Shown here: piece after piece, positions 22,423 to 35,204 of the stretch
How positions within the stretch are numbered: position 1 is the first letter of the stretch
Layout: every line of letters starts with the position of its first letter
Assembly: GCA_036630325.1 (NCBI GenBank)
Contig: CP142729.1
Location: 248,001 to 312,000 of the forward strand
DNA length: 64,000 nt
Reading direction: 5' to 3'
Source of the DNA: Vairimorpha necatrix
Taxonomy: Eukaryota
Notes under the pieces: model-generated
Told to the model about the DNA's origin: nothing
Database searches by the model: none
The model's input: the letters and a program-made list of their open reading frames with translations, nothing else
Position numbers and translations under genes: made by a program

Positions 22423-24647
22423 ATAAGGAACGAATTCTGATTGGAGGAGTCCGATACGAGCGATTGAGAAGCCTAATGGTGGCGGGACGAATTGTGAGTA
22501 ATTTTATGGGGTTGAATGATTTGATTGAAAAAGGCCCTTATGCGTTACTTACAATAAGATACATTTAAGCAACTCAAGGATCCTCGGTATTTAGTGTGAT
22601 TGATCTTGAAGAAGGGTTCTTCCACATAGCAATTGAAGAGAAACACAGATATAAAACAGCGTTTGAATTTGATGGGAATGTGTACGAGTGGAACAGCATG
22701 GTGATGGAATCTAAGAACGCACCACAGATAATGCAGAAAACAATGAATGGGATTTTAAAGAATTTTAAAGGAAAGGGTGTAAAGGTGTATTTAGACGATA
22801 TAGTTATTCACGCTAAAGATGGCATGCGACACGACGAGTTATTTTTGGGTGTAATGAAAAGTTTCCAAACGCACGTCTCAAGATTAATCTTAAAAAGATA
22901 CAATATAGGAAAGGAGAAGTTTATTTATTGTGAGTGTCAGCCGATGGTAGTAATAAAAAGCCATCAGAAATAACAAGAAATGAAGCGTTAGAATATAAGC
23001 GGAAGGAGTGCGTGAGGAAATTGCGGAGATTTTTGGGTTTGGCGATTGGTTTAGAGAATTTATTAAGAATTTTGCGACAATAACATTAAACCTATTTGAG
23101 GCTTTAAAAACTAGCAGAAAATGGAAGAAGAATACATTTTAATTCAACAAGAGTTAAGCAATTTCAGCTAATAAAGATACCAGACTATATGTTTTGAATT
23201 TAGGTTACGTACAAATGCGTCGGATACGAGGCTTGGAGCAGTCCTTTTACCAAGAATAAAGAAGGGATCTGGATACCTATACAATGGGCCTCAAAAAAAA
23301 TTGACACCAACGGAGAGAAGATATGCTATTTTGAAAAGGAGATGTTAGCGGTTGTATGGGGCATAGAAAAGTTTTTTTACGAGTTGAGAGGAAGGAAATT
23401 TGAGTTAATGATGGACCATAAAGCCTTTGGAGAGCTTAGAAACAACCCCTTCTTTAATTTTAAAGAGTAGATTGGTGGATTATTATAATACAGGAGTATG
23501 ACTTCAACGTGCAATATGTAAAGGTGAATTAATGGCAGATGCGGATGCTTTAAGTAGACAAAATCAAGATGATAAAAATAAAAATGAATCTTTAATATAG
23601 AAAAAAGTTTCTGCACAAATGAAGGGAAAAATTGAAAAACACACAGTGATCAGAGACAAAAAGGAGCATTGGGAATTTGATAATGGAGTACAAAGGGAAA
23701 TCCCAAAATTGAAGAGAGATCAAAAATTGTAAAGGACATACATGAGGGGTTAAACCATAGAGGGGTAAAAGTGACATATTTTGAACTAAAGAAACATTAT
23801 TATTAGCCGAAAATAAAAGATCAGGTAATGTGAAAAAAGAGCATGCTAGATGTGTCAGATAGGTAATAGGAAGAATAAGGATGGTGTTGATTATGTTACA
23901 TCAAGTTATAAAGGCGAGAAATTTGCAATTAATGTCATGGAGATTGGTGATCCTCGAAAGTTGGCTTTAATGGGAATTGACTATTTTACTCGATATTTGT
24001 ATGCTAGTGTTAATAAAATAAAAGTACAAATATGATTTTTGGTGTTTTAATGGATTAGTCTAAAATAGGAGATATCCCCGGATGATTATAAGCGATAACG
24101 CCAAAGAGTTAGTAGGAGAAGACTTTAGGAAGTGGTGTTTCATAAACAAGATTGAGCATAGGAAAGTTAGCGTAGAAACCCACAGAAGCAACGGCCGGAT
24201 AGAAAGGGTGGTAAGAACGATACGTGGAAGCGTATTTAAGCAGCGTATGGTTGATTCTGAAGCTGCAGTGAATAAGACAACGGTGATGTACATTAGGACG
24301 GATCATAGCGGACTTAAGTGTACCCCCTTGGAGGCTGTTAACGTAAGAAATAAACATGTAGAGGCAAAATGGGAAAACTCGGGAGATGAAGAATATGCCA
24401 AGAAATTTATCAAAAGGGCGAGAGAAAAGTTTTCGGCGGGCCAGGCTGTAAGAATTGCGAAAGAGAGAAAATCTTGGTAATGTTAGCAAACAGGATAGTG
24501 GTAGATTCGACAGAAAAGGCGATCAGCTTGAAAGTTGTGGGGAAGATTCTTATCTAGTAAAAACTGAGGATGATAAAATTATCAAAAAGAGACATTATGA
24601 TCTTAAAGGAATTATGGAAAGTAAGACTAACCGTCTCGAGGATAAGA

Positions 24648-24685
24648 TGTTGGGGTTGGAACCCTCATGAATAAAGAGACTAACA
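24648..24685 (+). repeat. 3' LTR of element 1 (38 bp)
   Basis: TGTTGGGGTTGGAACCCTCATGAATAAAGAGACTAACA; 2 differences from the 5' copy; preceded by a decayed purine tract. Confidence 0.9.
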
Positions 24686-25819
24686 TATAATAAAATTTTC
24701 AAATGTATTATATACTAGAGATTGGAATATTTTCATTTTTGAAAAACTACGCATCCTACATTAGTATTATATATAATAGTTGATCTTTTGTATATAACCT
24801 CTATAAAACTAAATAATTGCATGTATAAAAATATAGATTAAACGATATTAATAAAAAGTTAAAAATTTATGATCTATTCAAATACATATATACCTAAAAT
24901 ATGAAAGTCATTTAGTACATGTAAGACTAGAAAGAGCTTGATTCTATAACAACTTCATAGTCATTTTGATTTGGGATCCTCCGTAAGACCTCATGGGAGC
25001 ATTTCTCTTGATTACTCGAGAATCAGTTCAAAGGCTATGAGCAAGGCGGCAGAAGAAGTCCATGTACATGTTTATACTTTCTTAGCCATATTCTACGCTA
25101 AATAAAAAAAAACAAAGTAATAGCCATAATATAAATATCATATTCTATTATAGCATTTTTTTTTAAATAACCAACATGTATCTGCGCATATCTAAGTTTA
25201 TTCGCAAACTTATGTTATTATTTTATTTAAACATATATTTATATTAAAAAAGGTTTCAGGCAAACAAGCCAAAAATTAGTTCAGGTATATAAAATAGTAG
25301 ATACTGTAACAACGACGTTAAACATTAGTAAAGTATCGTAATGTAAAATTTACATATAACTTTCTATTTTTTAATATGTTATTATGTTTTTTAATCAAAA
25401 AATGTCTTTATATATTAAAATCGCCAAAATAATACCATTTTGTGTTTAATATTAAAAATATATTGAATCAAGTATATTTCTAGTAAAAATAATCATATTG
25501 ATCGTAAAGTAAAAGAATAATTATACAGTGTCCTTAGGCACATTAACAATCTAATATGATATATTCAAACAATTCGATGTGTCATCTATTTGTAGTGTTT
25601 TTTATATTACACGTCCCCCGTGAAAGTTTTTAACAGTTGTATTTTCATTAAATTATTTCAGATTTCTTCATTCCATTTTTTATCATCATAAGTAAATCAA
25701 AATTTACATTTTCATGTTAGAGCGTTGTATCATTCAATGATTAGAAAATTTAATGCGTTACAACATTGAAATAGGTTTTCATTATTTTATTACATGCTCA
25801 TTTTTTTTAAAGATACCCA

Positions 25820-27295
25820 ATGATTACTGTCAATATTTTTTTAGCTATTTTATTCACTAGAGCTACTGAAAATTTACAGAAAACACTCAACAACATCGTA
25901 GCTATTAAAAAAGACAAAAAGCAATATTCTACGTATGATATTAACAAATATTACGAGGTGGATTACATTATCTACGATATAAAATCCAATCATGATCAAA
26001 TTGACATAATCAATGATGGAGCCAAAACAACAATAATTACTGATCATTACGAATATGTCTTCGAAAAATGCAAAGAAATGTTGTTTCACAAAAGAAATTC
26101 TACCAAAAGTCCAAGAATATTAATTTTTGACAAAAATTATTGCAATTCTAAAAAATATAAAAGAGTTATCGACAATTTGCAAAGATATAATCTACAAAAC
26201 AAACTAAAGGAAAATAGTTTTTACTATGAAGTTATTGCTGAAAGGGATAGTCTAATATATGACTGTGTTATCGATAATATTTCAGAGTTAAACTTCATAA
26301 AAAGTGATCGTCCATTTTATTACTATTTATGTTACCAAAATCAGGGAATTTACTATTTCTTCAATATTAATATACTTGATTTTAAGCCGCAGAAAATTTT
26401 TACAAAACATCTAAAAAATCAATTTTTGCTTAAAAAATATGACAAACGCTTTCTTTTTCCCATTGTAGTTTTTTTTGATTTTTTAGATCTAAATGAAATA
26501 TACGGCATTCCCCAATACATAAGAAAAGAAACCTATTATGATGGTTTTTTAGATGCATCTATCCACGAAGACAATTTTTCGACTTTTCATTATATAGAAG
26601 ATGCAGTAATACATATACATAAAGAAAATGTTACTTTGTTTTCATATAGAAAAGAAATAGAAAACTTTACTGATATTACAATTAAAAAAATAATTATGGA
26701 GGAAAGTTCATTTATGGATCTTAAAAGGTTAGTGATTTTCAGTAATACAAATCAAAGAAATATGGACGAAATTAATGTGTTATTTAAAATAATCAAGAAC
26801 AACTTCCCTATTATTAGAATCTTAAAAAATATTTTTAGACACAAAGACTCTGCAGTTCATATATTTTTAAAAGAAATTCTTATTTCCTGTAATTTAATTA
26901 ACAATAATGAGTGGGAACTTTTAATGAAGAATATAGATCTTTTAGGTTCAAATATGGCTTCACCTCGAATGAAAAAAAATTTTAAATTATTTATAGCAAA
27001 ATTTATTAATTATATATCCTCAAAAAATATAATTACTTATACAGTAAAAATATGTATTATAATGGAATTTGAAGAGATAATAAATGTAGAGAGTTATATT
27101 CCAGATATATTTATAACCTTAAAAAATTTTCTAAATAGTATTTATGCTAAAGGTAACAAAGAAAAAATTGATCTGATAACAATATTTGAGGAAATGTTAA
27201 AATATAAAGAAATCATATCAAAATCAGTTCATAACACATGGGATGATATTTTTGATGAATTTACAGCATTTGAAAAAAAAGAAAAAAACAAATAA
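25820..27295 (+). CDS. Lineage-specific 491-aa protein with signal peptide (family A)
   Basis: MITVNIFLAILFTRA N-terminus; ACCCA-ATG context; motifs shared with 11352..13655. Confidence 0.8.
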   Translation: MITVNIFLAILFTRATENLQKTLNNIVAIKKDKKQYSTYDINKYYEVDYIIYDIKSNHDQIDIINDGAKTTIITDHYEYVFEKCKEMLFHKRNSTKSPRILIFDKNYCNSKKYKRVIDNLQRYNLQNKLKENSFYYEVIAERDSLIYDCVIDNISELNFIKSDRPFYYYLCYQNQGIYYFFNINILDFKPQKIFTKHLKNQFLLKKYDKRFLFPIVVFFDFLDLNEIYGIPQYIRKETYYDGFLDASIHEDNFSTFHYIEDAVIHIHKENVTLFSYRKEIENFTDITIKKIIMEESSFMDLKRLVIFSNTNQRNMDEINVLFKIIKNNFPIIRILKNIFRHKDSAVHIFLKEILISCNLINNNEWELLMKNIDLLGSNMASPRMKKNFKLFIAKFINYISSKNIITYTVKICIIMEFEEIINVESYIPDIFITLKNFLNSIYAKGNKEKIDLITIFEEMLKYKEIISKSVHNTWDDIFDEFTAFEKKEKNK

Positions 27296-28934
27296 AAATT
27301 AAATGTAATTTTTCTTTCACATTACTTTATCATGAAAATGTATTTTAACATGAATTCAAAACATATAAAAAAAAACGAAATAATAATCTTACATATTTCA
27401 CTAAAATTACACACTGATCTATACAATGAATAATCGTATTATAGAATAAACTCATTTTTAGAAAAATTACATAATTTAGTTTTCATAGAATATTCGATTT
27501 TTATACTGTTGTTATACGAGGATCTAGAACTATGTTATAAAAATCAACTATAATTTGGTTTTAGAATTAAAGTTTTATTTGTATTAGTTGTGTTTTTTAA
27601 TTTTCAGAAAATATAGGATAGTTCAATCAATTTATAGTGTATTATAGATAATTATTGTTCTTTTAGACTCAAGAAATAAAAGAACTATATTTTTAGTCTA
27701 TAGCTCTTTTCAGTGTCTGAATTTTATTCTATTTATGAACGATCTGTAATTTTTTATATGCTTTTGACCCCTCATCTATCCCTCTGTTATTGTTTTCTTC
27801 ATACAGTTTTATTATACATTATTCAATTAAGATTATTTAAGGTACATCATTTCAAAATTATATCTAAGGAGAAAAAAATTAAATAATATGCAATAGAAAA
27901 TCTTTATTCTTCCATAGATTGTCATTTTAATATAGAATCGAGCCAATACACATTATCCGAAAAAAAGTAAATGAAAAAATACTTCTTACGTTTCTGCATT
28001 TTCCACCACATATTAGATAATATTACGTCAATTTAGTCTTTGAGACATTTATTCCCACATTTATTACAAGTTGTTTTATTAATTGGTTGATAAATTCTTA
28101 TATATTAGTCAAACTACATCCTATTTGCTTTAAAAGTTTGCTGAAAATTGACATAATTGACGGGGAAATGTGAAAGGCGGGCTATTACTTATAATAGACA
28201 AAAACTCAAAAATATAACGTTCAGAAAATGAAAAATAAAAACATATTATTTAAGATGTTTATTGAAAAAATATGCCCCTGAGTTTATTTAAATTTTTTTT
28301 CATATTAAAGATAATTGTAAGTTAAGGGTTAAATTTATTGAATATATATTTTCAACTAAATATATAAATATTTAATTAACATCATCACTAAAATTTTTTT
28401 TGCATTTATGTAGGCGTAACATTATTAAAAGGTAGCTGGTTGGGTGGAGCAATTTTATGCAACACATTTCTCGTATTAAACATGTTTTTTTGAATGTAAT
28501 TCATTGGGTTGGTCTTCATGGCGCTTTTTGAGATAAAACCAGATGTAATTTACAGCAATAACTTTTTTTTACCTTACGTTAGTGATTCATTAATTCTAAA
28601 GAATATATATGGTTTACTTGAAAAAAAAATATATTTTAATAAACATTTCATGGATAAATACTTGAAACCCATGGGTAATTAATGTAACTGTATATTTTGT
28701 AATGGAAGCTAATATTTATAGTGTTTCTGAAGCTGTTGCGGACAGGAAATAAAAGTTGATTTAAAACATATTAATTTATGCATGCCAAACGGGCAAATAC
28801 AATAAAAAACGAAGTTTGATATGTGTTTTATCCTCAAAATATAAAGTTTTAAAATAAAAAGAATATTCACGATTTTTGTGTTATATAAATAAAAAATTTA
28901 AAAAACAGAATTACTAGAGATTTTTAATAAATTC

Positions 28935-29462
28935 TTAATGATCAAACCATTCCAAAATTCGAATAAATCGATTAATATTGCTTGGTTTTTTATCTTTATC
29001 TTTTAGGAATGAATCAATCTGTTTCTTAAAAGTCCTAGAGTTCTTTAACAATGCTTTGTTATAATTCCTATAAAGTTCTTTAATTTTTTTATCACATTTC
29101 TTTTGTTCGGATTCAATATTAAACAACATATTTGCAGCTAGATCATTGACTTTGTAGTTATAACTCCACAGTTCTTCTAAACTCATTTCGATAAAATCTT
29201 CATATAAAGATATATTATTTTGATTATTTCTAATGACATATTCTTCGATTTTTCTTTTTATTTCTACGTCTAAATCAGAATTCAGTATTCTAGAAAGGTC
29301 AATTGTGTTTTGTTGACGGGGCGCTGCTTCTTCTAGAAACGCTTTTAGTTTTTCTTCGCTTTCCAAATTATCACTAGTGAAAATTGGTAAAATTTTCTTA
29401 GATTCGAATACAAGAACAATGCTTTTAATAGATATTATTAATAAAGATAGTGAAATAATCAT
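28935..29462 (-). CDS. Small secreted-type protein (family B)
   Basis: Start reassigned to MIISLSLLIISIKS after GCCCCT; similar to 29913..30413. Confidence 0.75.
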   Translation of the reverse strand: MIISLSLLIISIKSIVLVFESKKILPIFTSDNLESEEKLKAFLEEAAPRQQNTIDLSRILNSDLDVEIKRKIEEYVIRNNQNNISLYEDFIEMSLEELWSYNYKVNDLAANMLFNIESEQKKCDKKIKELYRNYNKALLKNSRTFKKQIDSFLKDKDKKPSNINRFIRILEWFDH

Positions 29463-29912
29463 AGGGGCAATTTTCATATTTTTTATATTGTTCGACATTT
29501 GTGAAATTGAAAAAAATCTTTATGTATAAAAGCGTTGTTTTTCACATTATAATATCAAATTGCAAGTATTTATACGATGTTTCGCTACTTAAAAATGTAC
29601 AGATCCGATCAAAAATTTTGCATACGAAATATCAACAATTGATAAAACAAGAAAAAAGGAGCTAGATATTATAGATTATAATAGAAATAAATATGAATAA
29701 TAAATCATAATAGATATTTAATTATAATCTAAGTGATCTTATGATTAATATTAAATAATTGATCAAATGAATATTGATGAAGAATAAACTTTATTTTTAA
29801 AAATAATCTAACGGCAAAACACAAAGATTCTAAATTTTGTTAGTAAACATACATCTCTAATTAAAATTTATGACGTATTATATTAAAAAATTCCAAGTTT
29901 ACACCCATACCC

Positions 29913-30413
29913 ATGAATTTCTTAATTATAATTTTTACAACATTAATTAAATGCAGCAAAGAGAATATTCCTATGTCCATCTTCTCTGGAGAATTTAAGG
30001 AACGGGAAGAAAATTTAAAAACATATTTAGAAGGTTTTCGTCCACCAGCAAAATATGAAATAAATCTTCCGAAAATCAATAACTCCGATATTAAAAATGA
30101 ACTCAATAATAAACTTACAGCAAAATGTCAAGAGTTTATGAAAAAAATGATATCAGCTTATAAGATAATGGAGAAAAGTTGTATGGACGAACTCAGAATT
30201 TACAATGTTAAAGAACAAGAATTTAATGAAGAAGGAAAATTATTTAATAAAAACGAAGAGCAAATTATCATAAAAGAAAAAATGCGTAATTTTTATGATC
30301 ATTATGGTGAAGAAATGAAATTACTTGATGTAACCCTTATGAGAAATATTAATGAACTTAAAATGCATTATAAATATAAAGACAGCGTATCAAAATATAG
30401 GGTTATTCATTAA
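29913..30413 (+). CDS. Small secreted-type protein (family B)
   Basis: MNFLIIIFTTLIKCS; CCC-ATG context; IF...EE.LK..LE...I.L..I.NSD shared with its divergent neighbour. Confidence 0.8.
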   Translation: MNFLIIIFTTLIKCSKENIPMSIFSGEFKEREENLKTYLEGFRPPAKYEINLPKINNSDIKNELNNKLTAKCQEFMKKMISAYKIMEKSCMDELRIYNVKEQEFNEEGKLFNKNEEQIIIKEKMRNFYDHYGEEMKLLDVTLMRNINELKMHYKYKDSVSKYRVIH

Positions 30414-31539
30414 ATACTCTTTGTGTTATATTATTAGCCTTTTATCCAATAAAATAACTTTGTTATAAACATTTTATATTTTGTATATTTATAAATTGAA
30501 TTTTTTGTGTCATTGGTAAAATTTTAATAAAATAAAAACGTTATGAAATTAAAATATTAATTAAATAAATTCAAATTATTAATTGTTGATGTGTTACACA
30601 TATGATTCATTAAAATTATTTCATAATATTTCTTTCTTATGTCTAACGAAACTTTATATAATTAAAAATTTTAAATGACTTTAAACATAATATAACAGGG
30701 GGTTTTTAATATCGCCAGTGCTCATAAATATATTGATATGTTTTATTTCATATCGTCAATGAGGATCTTTTATAAATATCATAAGATTTCTAAAGGCCTT
30801 TCGATGTAGTACTATAAGAATAAGAAAAAAACAACCGCTAGAGAGGTAAATATTATAATATTTTTCAAAAAAAAAAAACGTAACAGAGGTAATAAACATT
30901 TAAATTACAAAATACAGGGTGGCAATATATATCTTAAAAAGATATAAGCTGTAAACCTTTTTAAAATGAAATAATTTTTATGAGTATGTATTTTTAAATA
31001 CTGACAGCAAAAAAAAATTCATTGTAAGACTAATATACACATAGAATAAATCTATAAACATAATAGTAACAAGCTTAAAGTTGAACCTAACATAGACATA
31101 TGATTTTTTTTACCAATGTATATATTATTAAATTCATTTAAAGACATCAAATGCCTAAATACCATTAGATTTGCATTCAAAACATCTTTAATATCTTTGA
31201 AAATACCATGCAAAGTTTTATCATGAAAGTACAAAAGGTTTCATAACTTAAGTGTGGTTTTTTTTCATATAATTCATTTACTTAAGAAAAAATTAGTGAC
31301 AAGATTTATACTTAAGATAGGCTATAGTTGTACATTTTTTGTATAAAACATAAAATTAAAGGATGTATTTTACAAATTAATAAATCTCTTCAAAATGCTT
31401 ATAAAATTGAGATTGATTCGATCTTTTTTATCTTTTGATAATATTAAAACTTTTGCATGTTTAAAAATTTTTTATTGACATAAAAAACCAATATTATAAT
31501 AACATTAACGATTTACAACCTTGTGTAAGTATAATTAAA

Positions 31540-31810
31540 AAACTCTGTAAATACGACCACATTTCAAATGATTTTAGTCGAGTTCATAAATGTGAAATCA
31601 AAATAATTCCATGTTTGCTGGCTCGGCATGGTGTAATCACTAATTAGAACATTGGATACGGGAAAGAGCTTGGAAGTTCTATTACATTTAATCGAAAACA
31701 ACTAAGAAGGCACTTGGTGCGTTTCGCTGGACCATCAGAGAAGATAAGGAAGCTGCCAAAAGGCGTGCTTTAAAACAAGCTCATACTCTAAAGAGATTTT
31801 TTAAGCAGTA
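31540..31810 (+). mobile_element. Short remnant of RLE-type non-LTR retrotransposon C-terminus
   Basis: KLCKYDHISNDFSRVHKCEIKIIPCLLARHGVITN*NIGYGKEL aligns with KLRKYDLLANELGLIHKSRTRIVPYVMTWDGVVTKYHRKYIREL. 3' boundary approximate. Confidence 0.65.
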
Positions 31811-31945
31811 TTGAAATAACTGAACATGAATTTACAAATAAATTATACAGTAGACAAGAGATAACATCTCATATATTTCTAAATAAATTTAATAGCAAAT
31901 AAGAACTATAAGATTTAATATACATACTAAATTATTTTATTTTTT

Positions 31946-32464
31946 TTATAATTTTTCTACATTTATATCTTCACCCTTTTCCATATATTTACCCTCTTTG
32001 TCGTGTATCAGACTTTTTCGCATATCAAATGCGTCTTCGTCGTCATTATAATATCCAAATATTCTTCTATATTCCACATATCCTCGATTTTTATAAAATG
32101 ATATTCCAATTGTGTTACTAACTCGTACAAATAAATCGACAAATTTACAATTATATAAATTACCATTATCTTCTAATATATTCATCAGAAGACTGCCCAA
32201 TTTATATCTTCTAAAGTTGGGGGCTACGCTTATAGCACTAAGATGATTATTGAATGTGTATGATGATCTATCATGTAGTTCCAGTTTACTTAAAACATAC
32301 CCAATAGGAATTCCAGATTCATTTGATACACAAAAGCAGTCTTCTGTGTGGTTTTTTAAATAATACAAATAATAATCAAAGGTGAATGATTCTGAGAAGC
32401 CATCAAGATTTATTTGATCCAATTTGAACAAGGAATCCGGCATGAGCGGATTGACAGTGTACAT
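31946..32464 (-). CDS. NAT3: NatB N-terminal acetyltransferase catalytic subunit (Nat3/Naa20)
   Basis: LFKLDQINLDGFSESF...HLSAISVAPNFRR...FVDLFVRVSN...YRRIFGYY..EDAFDMRKSL. Confidence 0.9.
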   Translation of the reverse strand: MYTVNPLMPDSLFKLDQINLDGFSESFTFDYYLYYLKNHTEDCFCVSNESGIPIGYVLSKLELHDRSSYTFNNHLSAISVAPNFRRYKLGSLLMNILEDNGNLYNCKFVDLFVRVSNTIGISFYKNRGYVEYRRIFGYYNDDEDAFDMRKSLIHDKEGKYMEKGEDINVEKL

Positions 32465-32599
32465 TAAGGGCTAAAAACAACACGACTTTTTCAATATGAT
32501 TGAAAATACTTGTAAAATGAGATGTTATATTTTTTTGTAAAAATTAACGCATAGAAATCGAAAAATAACTTTTTTTTTTATTATATTTAATTGTCAACA

Positions 32600-34486
32600 T
32601 TACACATCTGTCTTTTCAACTGTAAAGTTAATTTTTATGTTTGTACTAAAATATTCTTCTTTCTCTTTAGTTGTAGTCTCTTTAATCCTTAAAATATTCC
32701 CAATATCGGTTTTTAGATATATTTTATCATTTTTTTTCTCGTAATGTTTAATATTTTCTCCAATAAAAACCATACCTAAAATTATAAAATCAAAATTTAA
32801 TATTATGAGATATTGAGAAGTATCATTACAATATATTTTATTATCTGATACATGAAAATTCCTAATATTTCTAGATATCGGGTCTTTTTTCATAAATCCC
32901 GAACTTTTATACATACTAATTCCACTAAAAAAATTTTTATATATAAAATCATTGTATACAAGAATTTGATCGCCCGAAACGAACTTATTATCGATTCTAT
33001 AATCAGCAAATATATTGTCATTCCTATTATTAATAAACGTATCTCCCGAAATATTAAGAGAAATATGAACTTTTTTTATATTTGTGATTTTGTATATTTT
33101 GACAAACAAATTATCATAAACATAAATATATGAATTATCAATATTTAAATATCTCACATCTGATCCTAAATTAACACATAATCCATCTTTGCACAATAAA
33201 AAATCTTGATTTTTTATATCTAATTTAATATTTTTTTCAATAAAAATTTTAAAATTAATTTCTCTGAACAATGAAAATATATTGCTCAAATATAATCCAG
33301 TTTTACTTATTACCTTTTTATAGTTAATATTATTAATATTGTATACATTTACAATATTATTTTTTACAATAATTAAATTGTTATTTTCTCTAATAATATC
33401 CAGAATATCGGCCTTCTTATATTTATATTTGAGATTTAGATCTACGTCATAAATATAATGTGTATTATCTTTTTCATAAAATAAAAATTTATCATTATAA
33501 AATAATATTTTAGATATTATTAGACATTCTAAATAGTGGATTTTATTTTCTACTATTTGATATTTAAATATTTTACTAGCAGTTAAAATAATTACATATT
33601 TATCTGTCTCGTATCCTTTTAACATATTATTCAATTTAATGAAAAAGTTTTTATTTTCATAAATTTCTATTCTATTTCCATTTGAGCTTATCTTGTAATT
33701 AAATGCAAATTTCATATTGAGTTTATTTCTTAATCTTGATTGTTTAACATAATTAAACATGCAAAACATCGGAAATTTAGAAATATTATTATTTGTTATT
33801 AAAAAAGTACAATCTTCATCACAATAATCTACAGTAAAAGCATTATCATAAAATGTCATTGTCTTATTGTCAAAATAAGCAGACTTGTTTTTGTAAATTA
33901 TTATTGTAAAATTTTTATATCGAAAATATCTTTCATAAGAATCAACTACAAGAATATTTTCATCATCAATAAAAACGAGATTTTTATGCTTTTTATCTGA
34001 GGAAATATAAAAATGAACTACAGGCGTCTGTTTTTTCTTCAAAAGAATCTTACTATGATATTCGTAGATAACAACATTTTCTTTTTCAAAAATGAATATA
34101 TTCAAATCATTTACAATTATATCATCAAAAGTCTTTTTATATTCATAATCAAGTTCTATAAATCCATTTTTGTATTTGTAAAATGCAAATTTGTTTGTTC
34201 CTACAAACAAAAGAAAATTTTTATATTTTACCATTTTCTTAAAATTATGCTGAAACAATTTTTTATCTTCTTTAAATACTTTTATAAAATGACTTGGAGT
34301 AAGTATTAATATTTCATTATCTACCACTGTACTAAGTATTTCATCCCTAAAATCAAGTATTTTTATTAAATTCAATTGTTTATCGTATATTTCTACAGTG
34401 GACAAAGTTATAACATAAATCTTATCTTCTATAATGTGAAAATATAAATGTTTTTGGAAATTTGTAACTTTTTTTAATGAGAACAT
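32600..34486 (-). CDS. 628-aa beta-rich protein, possibly a reduced DDB1/CPSF160/SF3B3-type propeller protein
   Basis: Long ORF with GCCCTCTA-ATG context and beta-strand-rich composition. The C-terminal VFIGENI...IYLKTDIGNI is reminiscent of the CPSF_A end; product call is weak. Confidence 0.45.
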   Translation of the reverse strand: MFSLKKVTNFQKHLYFHIIEDKIYVITLSTVEIYDKQLNLIKILDFRDEILSTVVDNEILILTPSHFIKVFKEDKKLFQHNFKKMVKYKNFLLFVGTNKFAFYKYKNGFIELDYEYKKTFDDIIVNDLNIFIFEKENVVIYEYHSKILLKKKQTPVVHFYISSDKKHKNLVFIDDENILVVDSYERYFRYKNFTIIIYKNKSAYFDNKTMTFYDNAFTVDYCDEDCTFLITNNNISKFPMFCMFNYVKQSRLRNKLNMKFAFNYKISSNGNRIEIYENKNFFIKLNNMLKGYETDKYVIILTASKIFKYQIVENKIHYLECLIISKILFYNDKFLFYEKDNTHYIYDVDLNLKYKYKKADILDIIRENNNLIIVKNNIVNVYNINNINYKKVISKTGLYLSNIFSLFREINFKIFIEKNIKLDIKNQDFLLCKDGLCVNLGSDVRYLNIDNSYIYVYDNLFVKIYKITNIKKVHISLNISGDTFINNRNDNIFADYRIDNKFVSGDQILVYNDFIYKNFFSGISMYKSSGFMKKDPISRNIRNFHVSDNKIYCNDTSQYLIILNFDFIILGMVFIGENIKHYEKKNDKIYLKTDIGNILRIKETTTKEKEEYFSTNIKINFTVEKTDV

Positions 34487-35204
34487 TAGAGGGCAATTTA
34501 TACGGAGATATAATTTCTATATTATTTTGCCCTTGTAGGCAGATTTTTTATTTTTGGATTTCTTTAAATTTGCAATAAAAAATTGTAGCAGATAAAATTA
34601 CGGCCTAAATTTGATAAATTATTTGAACTACATTGTGTAAAATTAAAAAGATGAAGAACATTTTGTAAAATTTTTATTTTTCTTTGATTGAAGAAAGAGT
34701 TGTTTGAAATATTTTACATCAAGTTTTTTGTTATATAGTTGGATTTTTGTTTATAACCTGTTCAGTTTATTCTTTTTTTCATCATCCCTTTGTTATGTTT
34801 TTTGTTTACACGATACACAAGTAATTTTTTAAAAAATCGACATATCTATTGATAAAGTAAGTAATAAAAGGGTTGTAGATATGAATGAAGACACTAAATA
34901 AGAAACATAATACATAGAATATATTTTTTTCTAATTCAAATAAATAATTATACAGTGCATTTAGTTTCGATATTAATATGAAAAATCTAAATGTTCATGT
35001 AAATGTTAACCTTTCTCAATGTTTATTTCAATAAAATATAAATTTAACCAATATCTATTAAATTAATTTCATTTAACCTTATGTTATTATTTATTGAAAA
35101 AAATATATATCTCACGACGAAGTTAACAATTAAATTTTAATTAATCGAAATGCAATTTATTCTCTTTCTATCACTAAACTTAAAATTAATGTACTATTAA
35201 TTTA

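Larger units (their letters stand above)
18616..24685 (+). mobile_element. Decayed Ty3/Gypsy-type micro-LTR retrotransposon (element 1), containing a nested element
   Basis: 38-bp TG..CA direct repeats at both ends. Fragments of Gag knuckle (GKVGHIARSC), RT (IDLEEGFFHI, YLDD), RNase H and integrase (ISDN, SNGRIER). About 3.2 kb without the nested insert; TSD degenerate. Confidence 0.9.

Noticed and set aside
22323-22568. Novel chimeric gene (81 aa)
   Set aside because: It is the Gag start inside the nested 3' LTR running by chance into decayed RT sequence of element 1.
18611-24690. Perfect TSD for element 1
   Set aside because: The flanks read TTTTA and TATAA; at best a decayed TSD, so none is claimed.
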